This document shows positions 13,016 through 26,600 of a DNA stretch of 64,000 nucleotides, one piece after another. Each line of letters opens with the position of its first letter. Positions within the stretch are counted from its first letter, which is position 1. The DNA lies in the NCBI GenBank assembly GCA_002633005.1, contig NMRA01000366.1, positions 198,319 through 262,318 on the forward strand, in the 5' to 3' direction. A program made the position numbers and the translations under genes. Origin of the DNA: Phoronis australis. Taxonomy: Eukaryota > Animalia > Phoronida. The notes beneath the pieces were generated by a model. It ran no database searches. It was given only the letters and a program-made list of their open reading frames with translations, and was not told where the DNA came from.

Positions 13016-15118
13016 ATAAGCTACGTATCTTGTTTCAATGCTTTTTCGAGTACACGTTCAACTGTGCTGCAATCGCCCTGTTAGCAACAAAACAGAGCAG
13101 ATGCTAAATTTCGTATTTCATTTTGTTATCTTTCAATAAAAAGAATTTATCAACTCGTTATTTTCGGAGTAATTTCATTCACTGCCAACACCCAAACAGT
13201 GTGCATCTTCATCGACCACATAGCATCTATGTTACTGTTCTACAGTTCATATTATCTTAGTCATCATTTAACTGCCTCCTGACTGAAAGGACTGTATTTT
13301 AATATTTCTGGGAGACAATAACCCCGGCTTAACCCAACGACGAGTTCTACACAAAAAAAAACGCGTCACGCGACCTTTGTAGACTGTAAAAATATTGACG
13401 TTACACTTGCTATGGTCGAAGTCAGCGTATGAATGCGAGTTAGCGGCTGGTTACAATAATATTTCTGGTCTAGTTTAAATATTTTAAGGCTTAGGCTATT
13501 CGATTGTAAATATCGCGTAAACTATTGGTTTGATGCAAATAGGGTGCCACCACACGCCAGGGTAATGAACTAGCGTTCACTCACTAGCTGCCTGTCGATT
13601 TGGTGCAAGAAACTTGTTAGCGAAATTTAGCCCATTATCACCTGGGCCATCGCCCCCCTTTCATCATCGTGGACCCTTTTACGGAGCGCTGCGTGACGCA
13701 ACTTAAGTGACTAAATTCTGCCGCGTATTTACGAGAATCCAGTCTAATCCCATTAAACGTTTCGCCTAAATCTAATCCCTTCCGCGGCCAGCAGTTAATT
13801 GACTGCATAAATAATATTTCTAAAGGAACTGACAAAGGCCACTAAGTCAAGTCGGCGTTAAATCATTCACGTTCGCGGATTCACTTACGGTTTAACTGGC
13901 AAAACAATGACCTGGGGGTAAATAGTCATAGTGTGCAGATATTTCATCATTGTCAATATTACTAAAATTACAGAAAAACGTGTAAAATTCACCATTACAT
14001 TACATTAGATAAGAATATGATGTTTTACTGCATAGCCCAACAAATATATGTACCGGACAGCTATATCTTGGGTTATCGTTTTTCTCTGAGGATGTATTTA
14101 GTTCAAAATTTATATTATATTGCTTTAAAATCAACTTTTTTTCTTAAACGTGTTCAAAAGCGCAAAGTTTCACTTTTGAGAAAAATTATTTTAGCTAAAA
14201 CTGACTCATCAGGTTCCAGTGTTGCAGTTACGTAATTTCAATAATTCATATGTAAACAAGATTTAAAGGAATTTACAGAAATTGTTCTCATAATTATTTG
14301 CAGCATTAAGTGATACCTTTTACCTGTCTCTTGATTTATTGCTAATTTTCTTTCAGTTTTCACCAACGATTTGAAGAAACTAGGCTAAGTTATGTCAATT
14401 TGTTTTCTTTGATGGGTTTTGTAATAAATAGAACTATCGTGAGCTTCTTTAACAGCATTACAAGCGCCTGAAACAGATTCAAAATAGAATAAATATAAGA
14501 GATTATCGGTTCTCATAACCATACATCTTTACCCACATAGCACCACACACGTAGCTGAAACCGAGTGGGTCCCTTAAAGTTTGTAAATTATGAATTATTC
14601 TCAGCTGGATATGGAGAGCTACTTATGTCGGCTATAGCACGTATTAATATTACCACCTGGGCGGTACCGGCAGTAAAGGGAAACGCTCCCTTTCACAATA
14701 TCATAACCCCTGACGGATAATCCCGCAGTTACAGTAGCTAATATGCGTTCAGACTCCTAAATTTCAAACACCTACATGAAAACTTTCAAGCGAAACGAAT
14801 CAAGGTCTTATTGCAACGGGAATCTTATAAAAATGGTCAAAATATCAAGCGTACGAATCTTTGACATTTGTTGTTGTTAATATCGCTGAAGAAATTGATG
14901 ATAAATCGTTCGTGCTCTATTTTCGTTCACACGTTTACCGTCAACAATTATGAATGCGCATGCGTCCAGGTACAACTTAACTGCATGGGCCGGTGTGGTA
15001 AGCTCAGATACCAGGTGTTCCTTCGGAGTGTAAACATTGATCGCTTGTTAGACAGGACGTGTAGCTCTTGCTTCCAAGTTTTATCACAACTCTGCTGCCT
15101 ATTGAAAAAGGACTCGGG

Positions 15119-15523
15119 GTAAGACACTTCTAATTTGATACTCATTATTTTTTCGACTTGTGCGAAAGCCTTGCAATCAGTATTTGTGAAGCAGAAGTAT
15201 AGCAATTTTACCTCGACAGTGGGAGAAATCCGGGAATGCACGTAAAATTTATCGGTGAAACTTCACACGAGAGAAACTTGGAAAGTTGCGTTAATTATTT
15301 ACTCTCAACCTAGAGAATAAGACTAACTACTATCATTCCTTTTCACACCGACTTTGTACAGTTTGTAAAACTGCTACGCCATTTATTCACAACAGTGGAA
15401 TAATGCGAGTTTCAAGAATCGAACGTTTCCCGAAACCTTCAAAAAGTTATAAGAAAATTTTTCTGTCGAATGTCACGTAAAATATTCACATCTCAACATT
15501 GGGTATTTCTCATTTCATTTTAG
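15119..15523 (+). other. Probable 5'UTR intron of FoxAB
   Basis: Donor GGG|GTAAGA at 15119 and polypyrimidine acceptor TTTCATTTCATTTTAG ending at 15523, 28 nt before the ATG. Confidence 0.5.
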
Positions 15524-15551
15524 TTGCTGATCCACGACACTCTACACCACC

Positions 15552-16526
15552 ATGATCGTGGACCCGACTGCCAGGCTCATCGATCACCACGGAAACGAGA
15601 TGACCGACCATTCCTCGTGCATGATGGCCGGCCAACATCAGCATGATCTGGGCCCGTCTCCCCCGCTACACAGTCCGCATCCCGACCACAAGGACTGGCC
15701 TAACAAGAACCAACTGGACGCCAAGTTAGACTCACTACAGCCTCAGCTAGCTCGACACACAACAGCTCTGTCCCAAGAGAAAAGAAGGTTTGCCGACGTG
15801 AAGCCGCCTTATTCGTACATCGCGCTCATAACAATGGCCCTGGAGAGTTCAGCACACGGTATGATGACTTTGAATGAGATCTATGCCTTTATTATGGACA
15901 AATTTCCGTACTTCAGAGAGAACCAGCAACGCTGGCAGAACTCAATACGACACAATCTCTCGCTAAACGACTGTTTCATAAAAGTGCCGCGCGCCCCAGG
16001 CCGCCCTGGTAAAGGTAACTACTGGGGTCTTCACCCGGCCTGCGGGGACATGTTTGCCAACGGTAGCTTCTTACGAAGAGCCAAGCGCTTCAAGCTGCAA
16101 AAAATGAAACGCGATGAACATCACGCGCACATTCAGCACGTAAATTCCTATGGACATTTCACCCTTTTCGGACCTCCACCGGGTGTTCCGTCTGGTTACA
16201 AAACGTCGCCTTACCCGTCGTTTAACCCACTGGCATTGTCGTCATTTTCATCCCAATCGCAGCAATACTCTAGTCTCGGGTCGCAAGTCAAGTCGGAAGC
16301 ATGGAATCAGTCGGTTGCCCCGTCTGCCTACCCTTCACCGTATTACCCCACCGCGAGTGCCATGGCCAATCCTTCCTTGGGATCCTCAGCGCCATATCTC
16401 GCCGGACAAATGCACAGTAATGCGACCCTACCCAGCTACAGTCAACTACCGCAGGCTCACTACGCGAACCAGTATTCGGCACACTCACAGTTAAGGCTTC
16501 CTACGGGCATGTCACAAACTGTATAG
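15552..16526 (+). CDS. FoxAB: Forkhead-box transcription factor, FoxAB class (324 aa, single coding exon)
   Basis: Complete forkhead domain [95 protein letters not shown]. It mixes FoxA-type ([11 protein letters not shown]) and FoxB-type (LHPxCGDMFxNGSFLRR) signatures, as FoxAB does. Strong start context ACCACCATG with an in-frame TGA upstream at 15528. Fox identity is certain; the subclass comes from motif recall. Confidence 0.9.
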   Translation: MIVDPTARLIDHHGNEMTDHSSCMMAGQHQHDLGPSPPLHSPHPDHKDWPNKNQLDAKLDSLQPQLARHTTALSQEKRRFADVKPPYSYIALITMALESSAHGMMTLNEIYAFIMDKFPYFRENQQRWQNSIRHNLSLNDCFIKVPRAPGRPGKGNYWGLHPACGDMFANGSFLRRAKRFKLQKMKRDEHHAHIQHVNSYGHFTLFGPPPGVPSGYKTSPYPSFNPLALSSFSSQSQQYSSLGSQVKSEAWNQSVAPSAYPSPYYPTASAMANPSLGSSAPYLAGQMHSNATLPSYSQLPQAHYANQYSAHSQLRLPTGMSQTV

Positions 16527-17497
16527 TCGTGCGGACAGTCTTCTTGAGATGTGGTGTGCCTACGCATGACGTTAACAGTGACGTCAATGACAAGCATTGT
16601 ACTAAAGCCGAACAAAATGATTTCGAGTCGAAGTATTTGTTTCGTAATTCTGGAAAAACTAAGTTATTTTGCGATTACTTCGGGGTTGTACACCTCCGTG
16701 AATTTCCAATTACACGTTGGCTTATTTTACTGTTTGTTGATTTGGACGCGGTTATTAAGTTCAAAATACTTCAGTTTCAAATTTTATGTATTTTCTCTTG
16801 TGAAGTGTTCTCGGCGCGCGCTCATGTAACATATTATTTTATATTTTCTATCAAATGGGCAAATATTTTCTCTACAATATTTTTGTTATTTTTACCATTC
16901 TTTGTGAACATTACTGAACTTTTTGTAAGCCAATAAGATTGTTTACAATCCATTGTGAGAATACAATAGAAACATTATTCGCACTGCAGTGGAGTGTACA
17001 GAGATAATAGTAATTTTACTCCCATTGTTCATTAGGAAATACCACCAGTAATACGATCTAGTGAAGCGTGTGATATAGACGACCGAGACAATCGTACAAT
17101 TTTCCAGTGATAATCTGATAAAATTTGTCATGTACAGGTGCGCGTTTCAAGCAATTTTCCTCAAAGAAAAGAATGATATAAGCTGCGGTTTAAAGGGTAT
17201 TGCGCGTTCTTAAAAAGAGCATTGTAAGTCAGTGAAGACCATCAAGACGAAGCAAAGTGAAATAACTTGGGTTTCTTAATTTTATATGTATAGTGCATTG
17301 TACCAGAAATATTTTCTTCAAATCACGGTGACAAGAATTGTGTTCTTTTCTGGATGGTCTTTTTAAAACCACATTTTATTGTTATCGAGGAGCGGCACTG
17401 TTCGACATAATTGGATTGTGTCTGAAGCGAAATTGTGTTATTGCAAAAATGCAGATGTGAATGAGAGCGAGTGTGCAAGAGTTGTCGAGATGAGAAA

Positions 17498-17718
17498 CAT
17501 GCGCGCACCCAGCCTAAAAATGGGAGGCTCGATTGAGAATGTGGACCTTTTACTAGAAAATAACGGGCTACATTCAGAGCTATGAATTGTGTATTCAATG
17601 AATTTTGGTAGTACCTACCTTTTTAGTGGACTTTTGTATCGTTTTCTATTTTTTCGGACTTTTTGTTTCTCTGAGGCGGACTCTTTTGCCCACTTCGCCC
17701 CCCCTGGGTGTGCGCATG
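17498..17718 (+). mobile_element. MITE family A, complete copy with 5-bp TSD
   Basis: TIRs CATGCGCGCACCCAG / CTGGGTGTGCGCATG; AGAAA duplicated at 17493-97 and 17719-23. Confidence 0.8.
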
Positions 17719-18169
17719 AGAAACGATGCTCGTTACCGGGCCCCGTTGCTGCCAATGTAAAAAAGCTTGTAGACGTAGGTACACGTGTCAAGATACAGCG
17801 ACTGTTTATTTATGTTCCAACTCGTACTATTTATACTTAGCTTATGCCATTTACCGAAAATAAAAGACAAACAAATTTGCCTCGCATTTTGCCCTGCTTT
17901 AACACAGTAATTTGCGCAAAATATTTTGTATTTCTTCAGCAAATGCTCCTCTTGAGTCAGGAGAAAAGTGAGATCTCTGGGAGTCCCGCAACCTGCATTT
18001 ATTCTAACATTGAAATAGTTTGTCTAGGACGTTGATTTCAGTTGTCATACTCCGAATTACAAGTAAAACATCACGAAAAAACACATTTAATGTCAATGAT
18101 AAGTCTTGATGATTCAAACAATGCCAAGTGTCATTGTGTAAGGCCTTATTTCAGAGCAAATGTCAAATT

Positions 18170-18505
18170 ATCATTAGTTATTGTTACTGTCATCACCATC
18201 ATTCTTGTCATTTTCATTATTATTATCATTATTATTATTACTCTTATTAGTATCACCAAAATCATTATTACAATGCAATTATAATCAATACTTTTATTTT
18301 AAAACATGAACTCTGCTGGGGGCATTGCTTAAATCATCAGGAATTCTCATTGTTATTTAATGTAGGCTGTTACAATACTAATGACGATAATGATGATGAT
18401 GATAATAATAACAATAATAATAACAATAACAACAACAATATTAATAATAATAATAACGACATCAGCAACAACAATATTATAATTAGCAGTGGTAGTAGTA
18501 GTAAC
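18170..18505. repeat. (ATT/ATC)n and (AAT/AAC)n low-complexity microsatellites
   Basis: Tracts at ~18170-18280 and ~18378-18505. Confidence 0.85.
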
Positions 18506-20036
18506 AACCTACACAGCTTTCAACAAGCCACCTTTCGGCTAGTAGTATTCTGTCTTGGCGTTTTTGAGTTTCAACTCTAAGTAGCATTGCTTGGCAGATT
18601 TCCGTTCTATAAACCGAGTCGTTTGTTTGCCATTCTCGTGCGAACAAAGCACGCGAGCAACATCTCTCGCACCCACTTCCAAAACCAAGATGTAACAGTG
18701 GAGTTGGGCTCAAGCGCGAAGTCTGGACCACGGAAATGAACTTGAACTCTTAGTGCTGTTGTGGAGAGCGAGTACATTTCTGGGGCACCCTGTATATATC
18801 TACTAAAACGTTACGATGCATGTTTTTGAGGGCTATTTGACTCAAATGGTAAAATAGAAAAAATACAGGTTCGTTTCTGCTTTTCACGAATTTGCCTCAC
18901 ACATCGGAAACTAAAAAAAGCAATAAAATGCAATCCTAGATACGAATATCAGCCCAAGAGTGTCCTTTATTAATTGTTTGAGTCCAGTTTCCTTGTGCTC
19001 ACACGGCAAACGGGTAATTAAATGGGAAAGATATAAAGTAAATTTGGATAAAACACAGTGTGAACGTAGCTTAAAACATAGCATCTGATTATAAAACAGA
19101 TTTGAGGTTTGAACACTTGTCAATGCATTGCGGCCTTTCCCCGTTCAGTCGATATTTCATTCACGTCACAAAAAACAATTACAGAACTTGTTGTGGTGCA
19201 GCCGGGAGGAGTACGCGTTTAAGTACACACGTTTTTGTTATTTGTCAATAGACTCCCTATTCACAAATAATCATTTACGATTTTCCGATTTCCTATCCCT
19301 AGGCACGGTTCTAAGAATCAGTCAATATATTGTTGTGTCGGCTGACCTCTCGCTTGCCAAGAAATCAAAGCATTTCTCCCCTTTCATAAGACTTGTTAAT
19401 GGTAAATTAATTGTCAGGTAGTTTGTAATACACAAATCAGATGTATTGTTTTCACCGGGGGGTGAGATAACCATTGAGACTTTTGTCAAACCATCGGATG
19501 AGGTCAGCAAATGGGGGTTGCATCACTTGAAGCAAACTTGTTTCAGGAGACCGAGCATTAGAGAATCGTACACTGTGACGATCCTTATATCATAATCTAT
19601 GAAAAAATAAATTTGTTTCTTTCAAACACAACATTTTTTGCCCAATAACTTTAACTGGTGATAGCCTCTACTGAGATACTCGCTCTTCATTTGTGGTGTT
19701 TTATATTGTAGCGATTGTTTTTTCTCAAATGACCTGGAATGTGTTACGACACGATTGGTAAGAGTACGTAATTTTTGATATTACACGGGCAAAGTAGAAA
19801 TCTATACGCATTACATTTTATCGTCTGCAAGATACTAATACCAACAACCAAACATTGCCAAATTCCGTGACGGTGACAAGGTTATGATTGACAAATCGAG
19901 TGTCGCAACCGTTCGTACTCCCAGTCGGAAGGACATGCAAACAACTTCTTAAACGGACCCATCTCCGGCGGCAAATTCCATAACCACGTTCATGCGGGTC
20001 AAGCTATACAAATATAACTGGACCCATCACGACGGG

Positions 20037-20090
20037 TATAGTTATATATATATATATATGTGTGTATATATATATATACACATATATAAA
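20037..20090. repeat. (TA)n microsatellite
   Basis: TATATA/TGTG run. Confidence 0.9.
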
Positions 20091-22812
20091 GATAGACCCA
20101 TCCCGACTTTGGTGTACCCAGTTACAAACAGAGACTTGGCTGATCAACCTTTACTAACAGGTGTGCCCACCTATAATCATATTTTATGTAGAAACACAAG
20201 TATTTATGTGGGTGTCCCCACTTTTGTCCATGAAAATCAAACTTCTATTAGATAAGAAAAGTTTAAATTAAATAAGAAGCTGTTTTGAAAGTTTTAGACA
20301 CGTCGAGATTTTGGCAAAAAGATCGTTTTTATAAGAAACAAATCCTGCACTCGTCTCAAGCCTCGTGATTTTGACGAAATTTCCAAGAGGTTTTGCCCAT
20401 ATCATAAACCTGAGACTCGTGTAGGATGGTGTAATCATGATTTCGTCGGAAGATGCAAATCTCGTTGTTAGCTTTTTGAACCTCTTAACAAGAGAACCAC
20501 GATTGATCAAGAGGCATGTTTATGTAATCAATTAGCAAATACAGTCGAATTTTTAGCACACGACGAAGCAATCAATAATGTTATACTTAAAAGGGATATC
20601 CATCAAAGAATGTCAATTTCAAGGTAATCAATATTGCTTATTGTTTAAAGTTACTCACATCCAATATACTGTACGATGTTGAGGTTTCATAGAATCTTTA
20701 TGAATACGTTCACGTAAGGGTGACGGCCTGCTGGAAGTATTTCGCCAGAGCATGATAACACGTGACGCAACAGGTTAACTTTATAAAAAAAACAACACAT
20801 CAAATATCTTCGCTCCATCTCGAGATGGGATCTTCATTCAGTTGAAAACGGGCAGCTAGGTAGTTCCTTGCAAACGGTTATGCAAGTAGAGGGGTTTCTA
20901 GTTGTTATGTTTTTCCAATGCGCACTTACATTGCATTTTCATTTCTTGGGAGTCGAGTTGGCACTAGGGGGCTGACCGTGCACGAATTAGCCTATCTACT
21001 AATTTAAATTATGTCTTTATCATGTTGGTAGATGTGGCCGCTGATCGCTTCTCATGCTACCATGAACTACCAACGTGCTCTCTGCACACGGCACCGGACT
21101 AAGTTCCAGAACTGTTTACTCGGCGCGAGTTTATCCAAACAGAGGCTCCGGGGAATCCTCTGCAGTCACTATATCTCAAGTTGTCTCGGTACAATTGGAC
21201 AATGAAGCTGGACAATTCCATTGGCTACAACCTGTTGTGGGGGTCTTTGAGTCGAGATTAAAACGGAATCAAACCGAAAAAGGGAATAACACTCCTATAA
21301 TAAGTTAGAGCAAACAGGGCAGGTTATCCCGTCACTAGTCAATATTTACACACGGCTCACGGAAGTCAGGTAGCATTCATTGACCATTTAAATGACCATT
21401 GGCCTCTCAATACTGTCCCTAACACCTCATCTATGGCCCCAGGGCACAATGACTATTCCAGCACTTGAAGCTGACACTCATGAAAAAGACTAAGAAACTC
21501 GAGAAGTCGATGCTTTATTGTTGCAAAAACCTATGCGGACAACTTCTGAATATCAACTGTTGTATGTATGAATGAAGTCTATTGAAGACAGAGTTGAATC
21601 ATTCGCACCAAGACGCACCACTAAAAGGAAGCATTTCGTTAGTAAGTTACAAACTAATGGAATTTGCGTTTTTTCACCACTGAAGGGGATGTAACATGAA
21701 ACTTGCAGTTGTTCAAGTTTGTCCGATGCTCCTCCAGACATTCAAAAATTAAAATATAAAACTTCACGATAAATTCGTTATCTATGAAAAAAAATGATAT
21801 CACGCCGAACTTAGTGGACCTCCGCCGTTTTTGAAAAAATCCTTTACCAAAATGCGAGCGTTAGAATTAGTTTTACATTTTGCATGTAGCATTTACTACT
21901 CATGAAACAGAACTGATGGCTTACTTAAAGTCTAATACCTGACTTATTGGAATATTTAGGATATTGTCTCCAGAAAGGAATTAATCAACGACACTGCACT
22001 TGGCGAGACCCGTACATGTTGCTGCTGATTAATTAAAACAGAGCAAGGCCTGGTGAAAAGGTTAATGTACATGGACATTGGTGATAGCCGGGTGAGAAAG
22101 AAAGTTTCCGACCTTGACACCTTATTGAGTTCACTGCATAGACAAACCTGCATGGCGTGGATAATAGCTCAAACCAATGGTCGGTAAAACTTGGTATCTG
22201 TTTGACGTTGAAAATTGCTGCGATGGGGTATTTTAAGGCGTGGCTTTAAATACGACATTCAAGAGCATAGTTGACTCCGTGTTACGAGATATAAAAAGAT
22301 ATATTATTGTTCCTCAGACAAGCTCAAAGGCAAATCACTCATCTGGGCCCAGTTGCATAAAAGTTACACGCGGCACCGCTTCAATGACGTCGCATTACCA
22401 CGCGCCACGTTATTAATTGTCGAACAATGCACCGTGATGTCATGCACCAATCAAACTTATCCAGCGGATAATTTTGAAGTTTTATGCAACCCCCAGTTGT
22501 TTCACGCATTGCAACCATTAAGTATCGCCATAAATTATAGTTCGAACTAATATACTGCATAAACTTAATGTTTAAAAGTCTTAAGTAATAGTAAATACTT
22601 GGATCGTCATTACTTAGTGCACGTCCATAGGTCACTACATTGGAACTTTTATAGTGTAGGCCAGTGACGTCACCAAGATGGTTTTATTACCAAATTCTTT
22701 TAATCTGATCTCTTCACAGAGAGGGATGCCAAAACGCCACGGACGTGCTCAATAACGCTAGTTACACTCGAGACTGAATGAATTCCCGGGGACTGAAAGG
22801 TGCAGAGACCAG

Positions 22813-23054
22813 GGGTCCATTCCAAGAAACTCATTTAAATTCATTTCTTACTTAAGTCTAAGAATTGTCTCAACCAACAAACAAGTTTGAAACTTCCACA
22901 TCCGGTAGGTTTACCAAAATTAACTGACAAAACTTCAGTCAATAACTTAAGATCACTTTCTTGGAACGGACTTAATGCAAATTTAAGTTTTATTTTAAAA
23001 TTGACTTAAATTCAAGATTTGTCTTAGCTAAGTCAATTTTCTTGGAACGGGCCC
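22813..23054. mobile_element. PIF/Harbinger-like MITE
   Basis: TIRs GGGTCCATTCCAAGAAA / TTTCTTGGAACGGGCCC, flanks CAG and TAG (near 3-bp TSD), TTAAG-rich interior and an internal copy of the right TIR at ~22957. Confidence 0.6.
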
Positions 23055-23439
23055 TAGTGCTCCACTTGTAACACATAGCGCTACCTAGCGAAGGCTTAAG
23101 CAACCTCTTCGGATTCTTGCATGGTAGTTCACTTCTAAAACTGATGTTCTGTAGACAGCAATAGTCATTCGACCAACAGCGCTGAGAGTTAACGCCGGCA
23201 CGAGATAAGTAGCCGGCGACTATGTTTTTGATGGAGGGGATACGCGGAAGAAGGATACCCACCCATTAACACAGTAGATTAGTAAAAAGGGCCCATATAT
23301 AGGGAGCTTACGTGAAAGTCACCAGCGGTAGTTATCTTCCAGAAACCCCAAATCCGTAGAGTTTTACGCCACACAAACAGTATAAACAAGTAATTGCAGA
23401 CCGTCTGATACGCGTTGTACCAGACGTGCGCAGGCCGCG

Positions 23440-23620
23440 CATGTAGGCCCATTCCACTGATCACCTGGACCCATTTTTGTGCTTTATTAATGTATACGTA
23501 AAGCCGAGCTGCGAGGAGCTAAAGACCTGACTCAAGGGTTTAGCAGTGTGGCCCAGTGGGACTCGAACCCACGACCTCGAGTAAAGAAAGCGTGTACCTA
23601 TCGCACTAGGCCACACTGCC
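23440..23620 (-). mobile_element. tRNA-derived SINE (head plus core)
   Basis: Minus strand GGCAGTGTGGCCTAGTGCG (A box) ... GGTTCGAGTCCC (B box), with 11-bp closing stem GCAGTGTGGCC/GGCCACACTGC, followed by CCCTTGAG and AAATGGGT SINE-core-like blocks. The 3' extent is uncertain. Confidence 0.65.
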
Positions 23621-26600
23621 TCGATCCTCCCACACACCTAACCGTTTAGTAGAAATCCTTGAACAGCTATCTTATTTTAGATTATCTAGGACAGTATTGA
23701 CAAGTATGTGTATTCAGCAAAATGTCTACACAACTGTAGAATTTGTCTCGACAAAAGAATATAATTTCTGAAAGTAGACATTCCGTAGAATTTGACTGTT
23801 GACCTTATACCACTCTGCCATTAATAAGATCACGTGATCGTGCTTTTTAAAAAAAAATTAGCAATAAAAGAAAGGTATATTCATGGCCAAAGAACAGGAG
23901 CCCCCAACACCCAGTACACTACGTATATAGGAGTATCCTCCGAGGGTTAACGCCATAGGCTGAAGTGATGAATAATTGTCAAACATTGGTCTCCGCTAAT
24001 CTTGACAAAAAGGCGAAAAGTACCAGATTGCTGTTAAACAATTTATTCCCTGGACATATCAAAAGTAAGACTCCAAGCAAACGTCACAGCAAGTACATTA
24101 TTATATGAAAATAATTCAACTGCACAATCAGTGATTAGAAAGCCGGATATTCTTCAATGAACATAAAATAAATATAACGAAAAACAAAAGCAGCAGCTCA
24201 TGGATTGTACAGACAAAAACTAAATTCATTTTAAACTTGCTCAGTGATGACAGACAGGTGTCAATTAATTTGCAAACTACATCTAGAACATTCCCCAGGA
24301 AAAATAGTACAAAAATGTAGTCAAATCCTACAACCAATGGAGTAGCATGCCAATGCATGCATTTAGAACACGTTTAGTATGAGTGTGTTGTACCTAGGTA
24401 GACAGTGTACAGTGAAGCATGGTTCTTTTAATATTCCATCTTCAGTAGCTAACATCTTCCTCAGTCAGTGATATTGAATTTTACCACCAGGTGACGTGCA
24501 AAGCAATGAGTTGTTTCCTAGACTGAGACAGACACCAGGCATTCACACCGTTAGACAACTGTTTGACTCACGAAGACTTCCTAATATTTCTCTTATAATG
24601 CACTGTTTTGCTGTCAAGGAGCACTACATTTGTGGAATACTAACAAGAACTAAGCCTAACTAAGACTGTGTCTTCACATAAAATTACAGTCGTTGTGCAG
24701 TTACACCACTTATGAAAAGTCACCGTTTGGCATATTTAAACTGAAACGTTTTTCTTTAGAAAATGCATTTCTATCATGTGAGTATAACTGTGTTCGCTTA
24801 AGCGGATTCACTTGCTCTTTCGGACACGAAACGACTTAAGGTTATTTCATAGTGTGGATTATGATGACAATTGCACGACTACATGTACACCAAACAAGAA
24901 CTGGCATAAAAACAATCCAGATATTTGGTAGGTATCAGACATAGAACCATGCAGAGATACAAAAGAAGGCAGTGCATAATAATTTGTCTAGCAGAGCATC
25001 TCCATTTGAACGTCAGAGCAAGCTAAATCATTCAACTTAGATAATTCCTATCTTCCTATTAAGTTTAAATAATGTGCTCCCATTACCATGGCATTTTGCC
25101 TTTTATTTCTAAGCAAAGTCAGCATAGGCACTGGCAAAGCAACCATGCTTTAGTTAAAAGAAAATTTGATTTATCACGATGAACTTAAAACAAAAGTTTC
25201 AGCAGAGAGCGTATTTCAAACAACACCTGTCTGCAAAATCTAACTTTCACTAGTTGCGTTTGGAAAACTGAATATACTAAACTACACAGCAACTGTTGTA
25301 CAGTGTACTTTTAAAAATTGCATTGATGGTTGTTCGAAGCTGTTCAAGACACCGTTCTCACTTACACAATGTCTATGTTTCCCACGAGTTTCCAGAATAA
25401 AATGCCTATTTTTCAAGAATTATTTTTCTCACAAAAATAAATAAACAGTATGTTACCCAGAACTTACAGATGCATAAGGCAAGGATGGGTAGTATAGGCT
25501 ACCCCTGCCATTATCAAAAAATACCAAAATAACTAAAAAACTGTAGATTTTAAGACTCAGTAAAAGTGCATATTTTCTGAAAGTGGAAAGCCTGTTGGTT
25601 TTTTAACTTTTTACTAATCTGTTAATAAATATTTTTTGTAAACTTTAGGAAATAAGAAAGGTATATCCAAAACAACCTATCAACAACGTCTTGACCAAAT
25701 TTCAGTTGTTCAAAGAGGAAATCTCAAAAATGCTTTCTAAACATCATTTCGTTTCCTTTTTATGATGGGTAAAAACCATCGACTTCTATTTTTTGAAAGC
25801 CCCTCCTGAAAACAGTTCCTAACAGCGTTTTGACGACCAGGGTACAAAGTGTAGCATTACTGAGACATGACTTCAGAAGTCTAAATTGAAGATTGAACTA
25901 AAAATGAGGACTTACACAGAACTATATGTAACAATGGATGTATGTTAATGAGTATTGCCAAGGATAGTGCGGGAATGTGAGAACTCACAATATGACTTGG
26001 AAATGAGGGGCTTACCTTTCTTATGAATTTTTTGCACGAGTGTTTATACATTTTGTCCTTTCTCATGTTTCCCATGAAGACCCGGAACATGAATAATGAT
26101 ATAGAGACAGCACACGAGATCAATAAGATGCAGCCAATCAGCATGCCCGTCGCTGAAAGTAAAGCTCCTAATAACTTTAACACGCATTACGAGCACCACC
26201 AATCACAACAGGTCTTCACGAACTATTACAGCTTCCATTTTCCCCTCTGACCAGCCACCAGCCGAAGATTCTGCCCACCCTGCCTGCCCCATTGTTGCCT
26301 GTGGCTCGATGGTTGCCATTTTAGTTTTCTGTCGCCCGATGTCACCTTGGGCCCAATGTGAAAACAACCAATCTTGAGTTCTTCTGTCACAACCAAGAAG
26401 GCCTTAAACATGCATTGGATAAAAACGTAAGAAACCAAAACATCCTGCTATTGAATTTCTATAGTTATCTACAGTACAGGTAAAAAATAACTGGATAATT
26501 TTATCTTCAAATAATTACGAGTCATTCCAGAAACTCAAACAGTGATGCCAACTCTGGGTCAATGGTCTCCACTGAAGTAATTGACCTATCGCCAGGATTT

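Noticed and set aside
16150-16936. ORFs overlapping or following FoxAB
   Set aside because: Alternate-frame shadows and AT-rich 3'UTR with no domain features.
23543-23620. Functional tRNA gene
   Set aside because: A and B boxes are present, but the anticodon arm does not pair convincingly and SINE-like core sequence follows.
26050-26320. Selenoprotein-type TGA readthrough or env-like ORF on the minus strand
   Set aside because: No recognisable motif or SECIS element, and multiple stops in the alternative frames.
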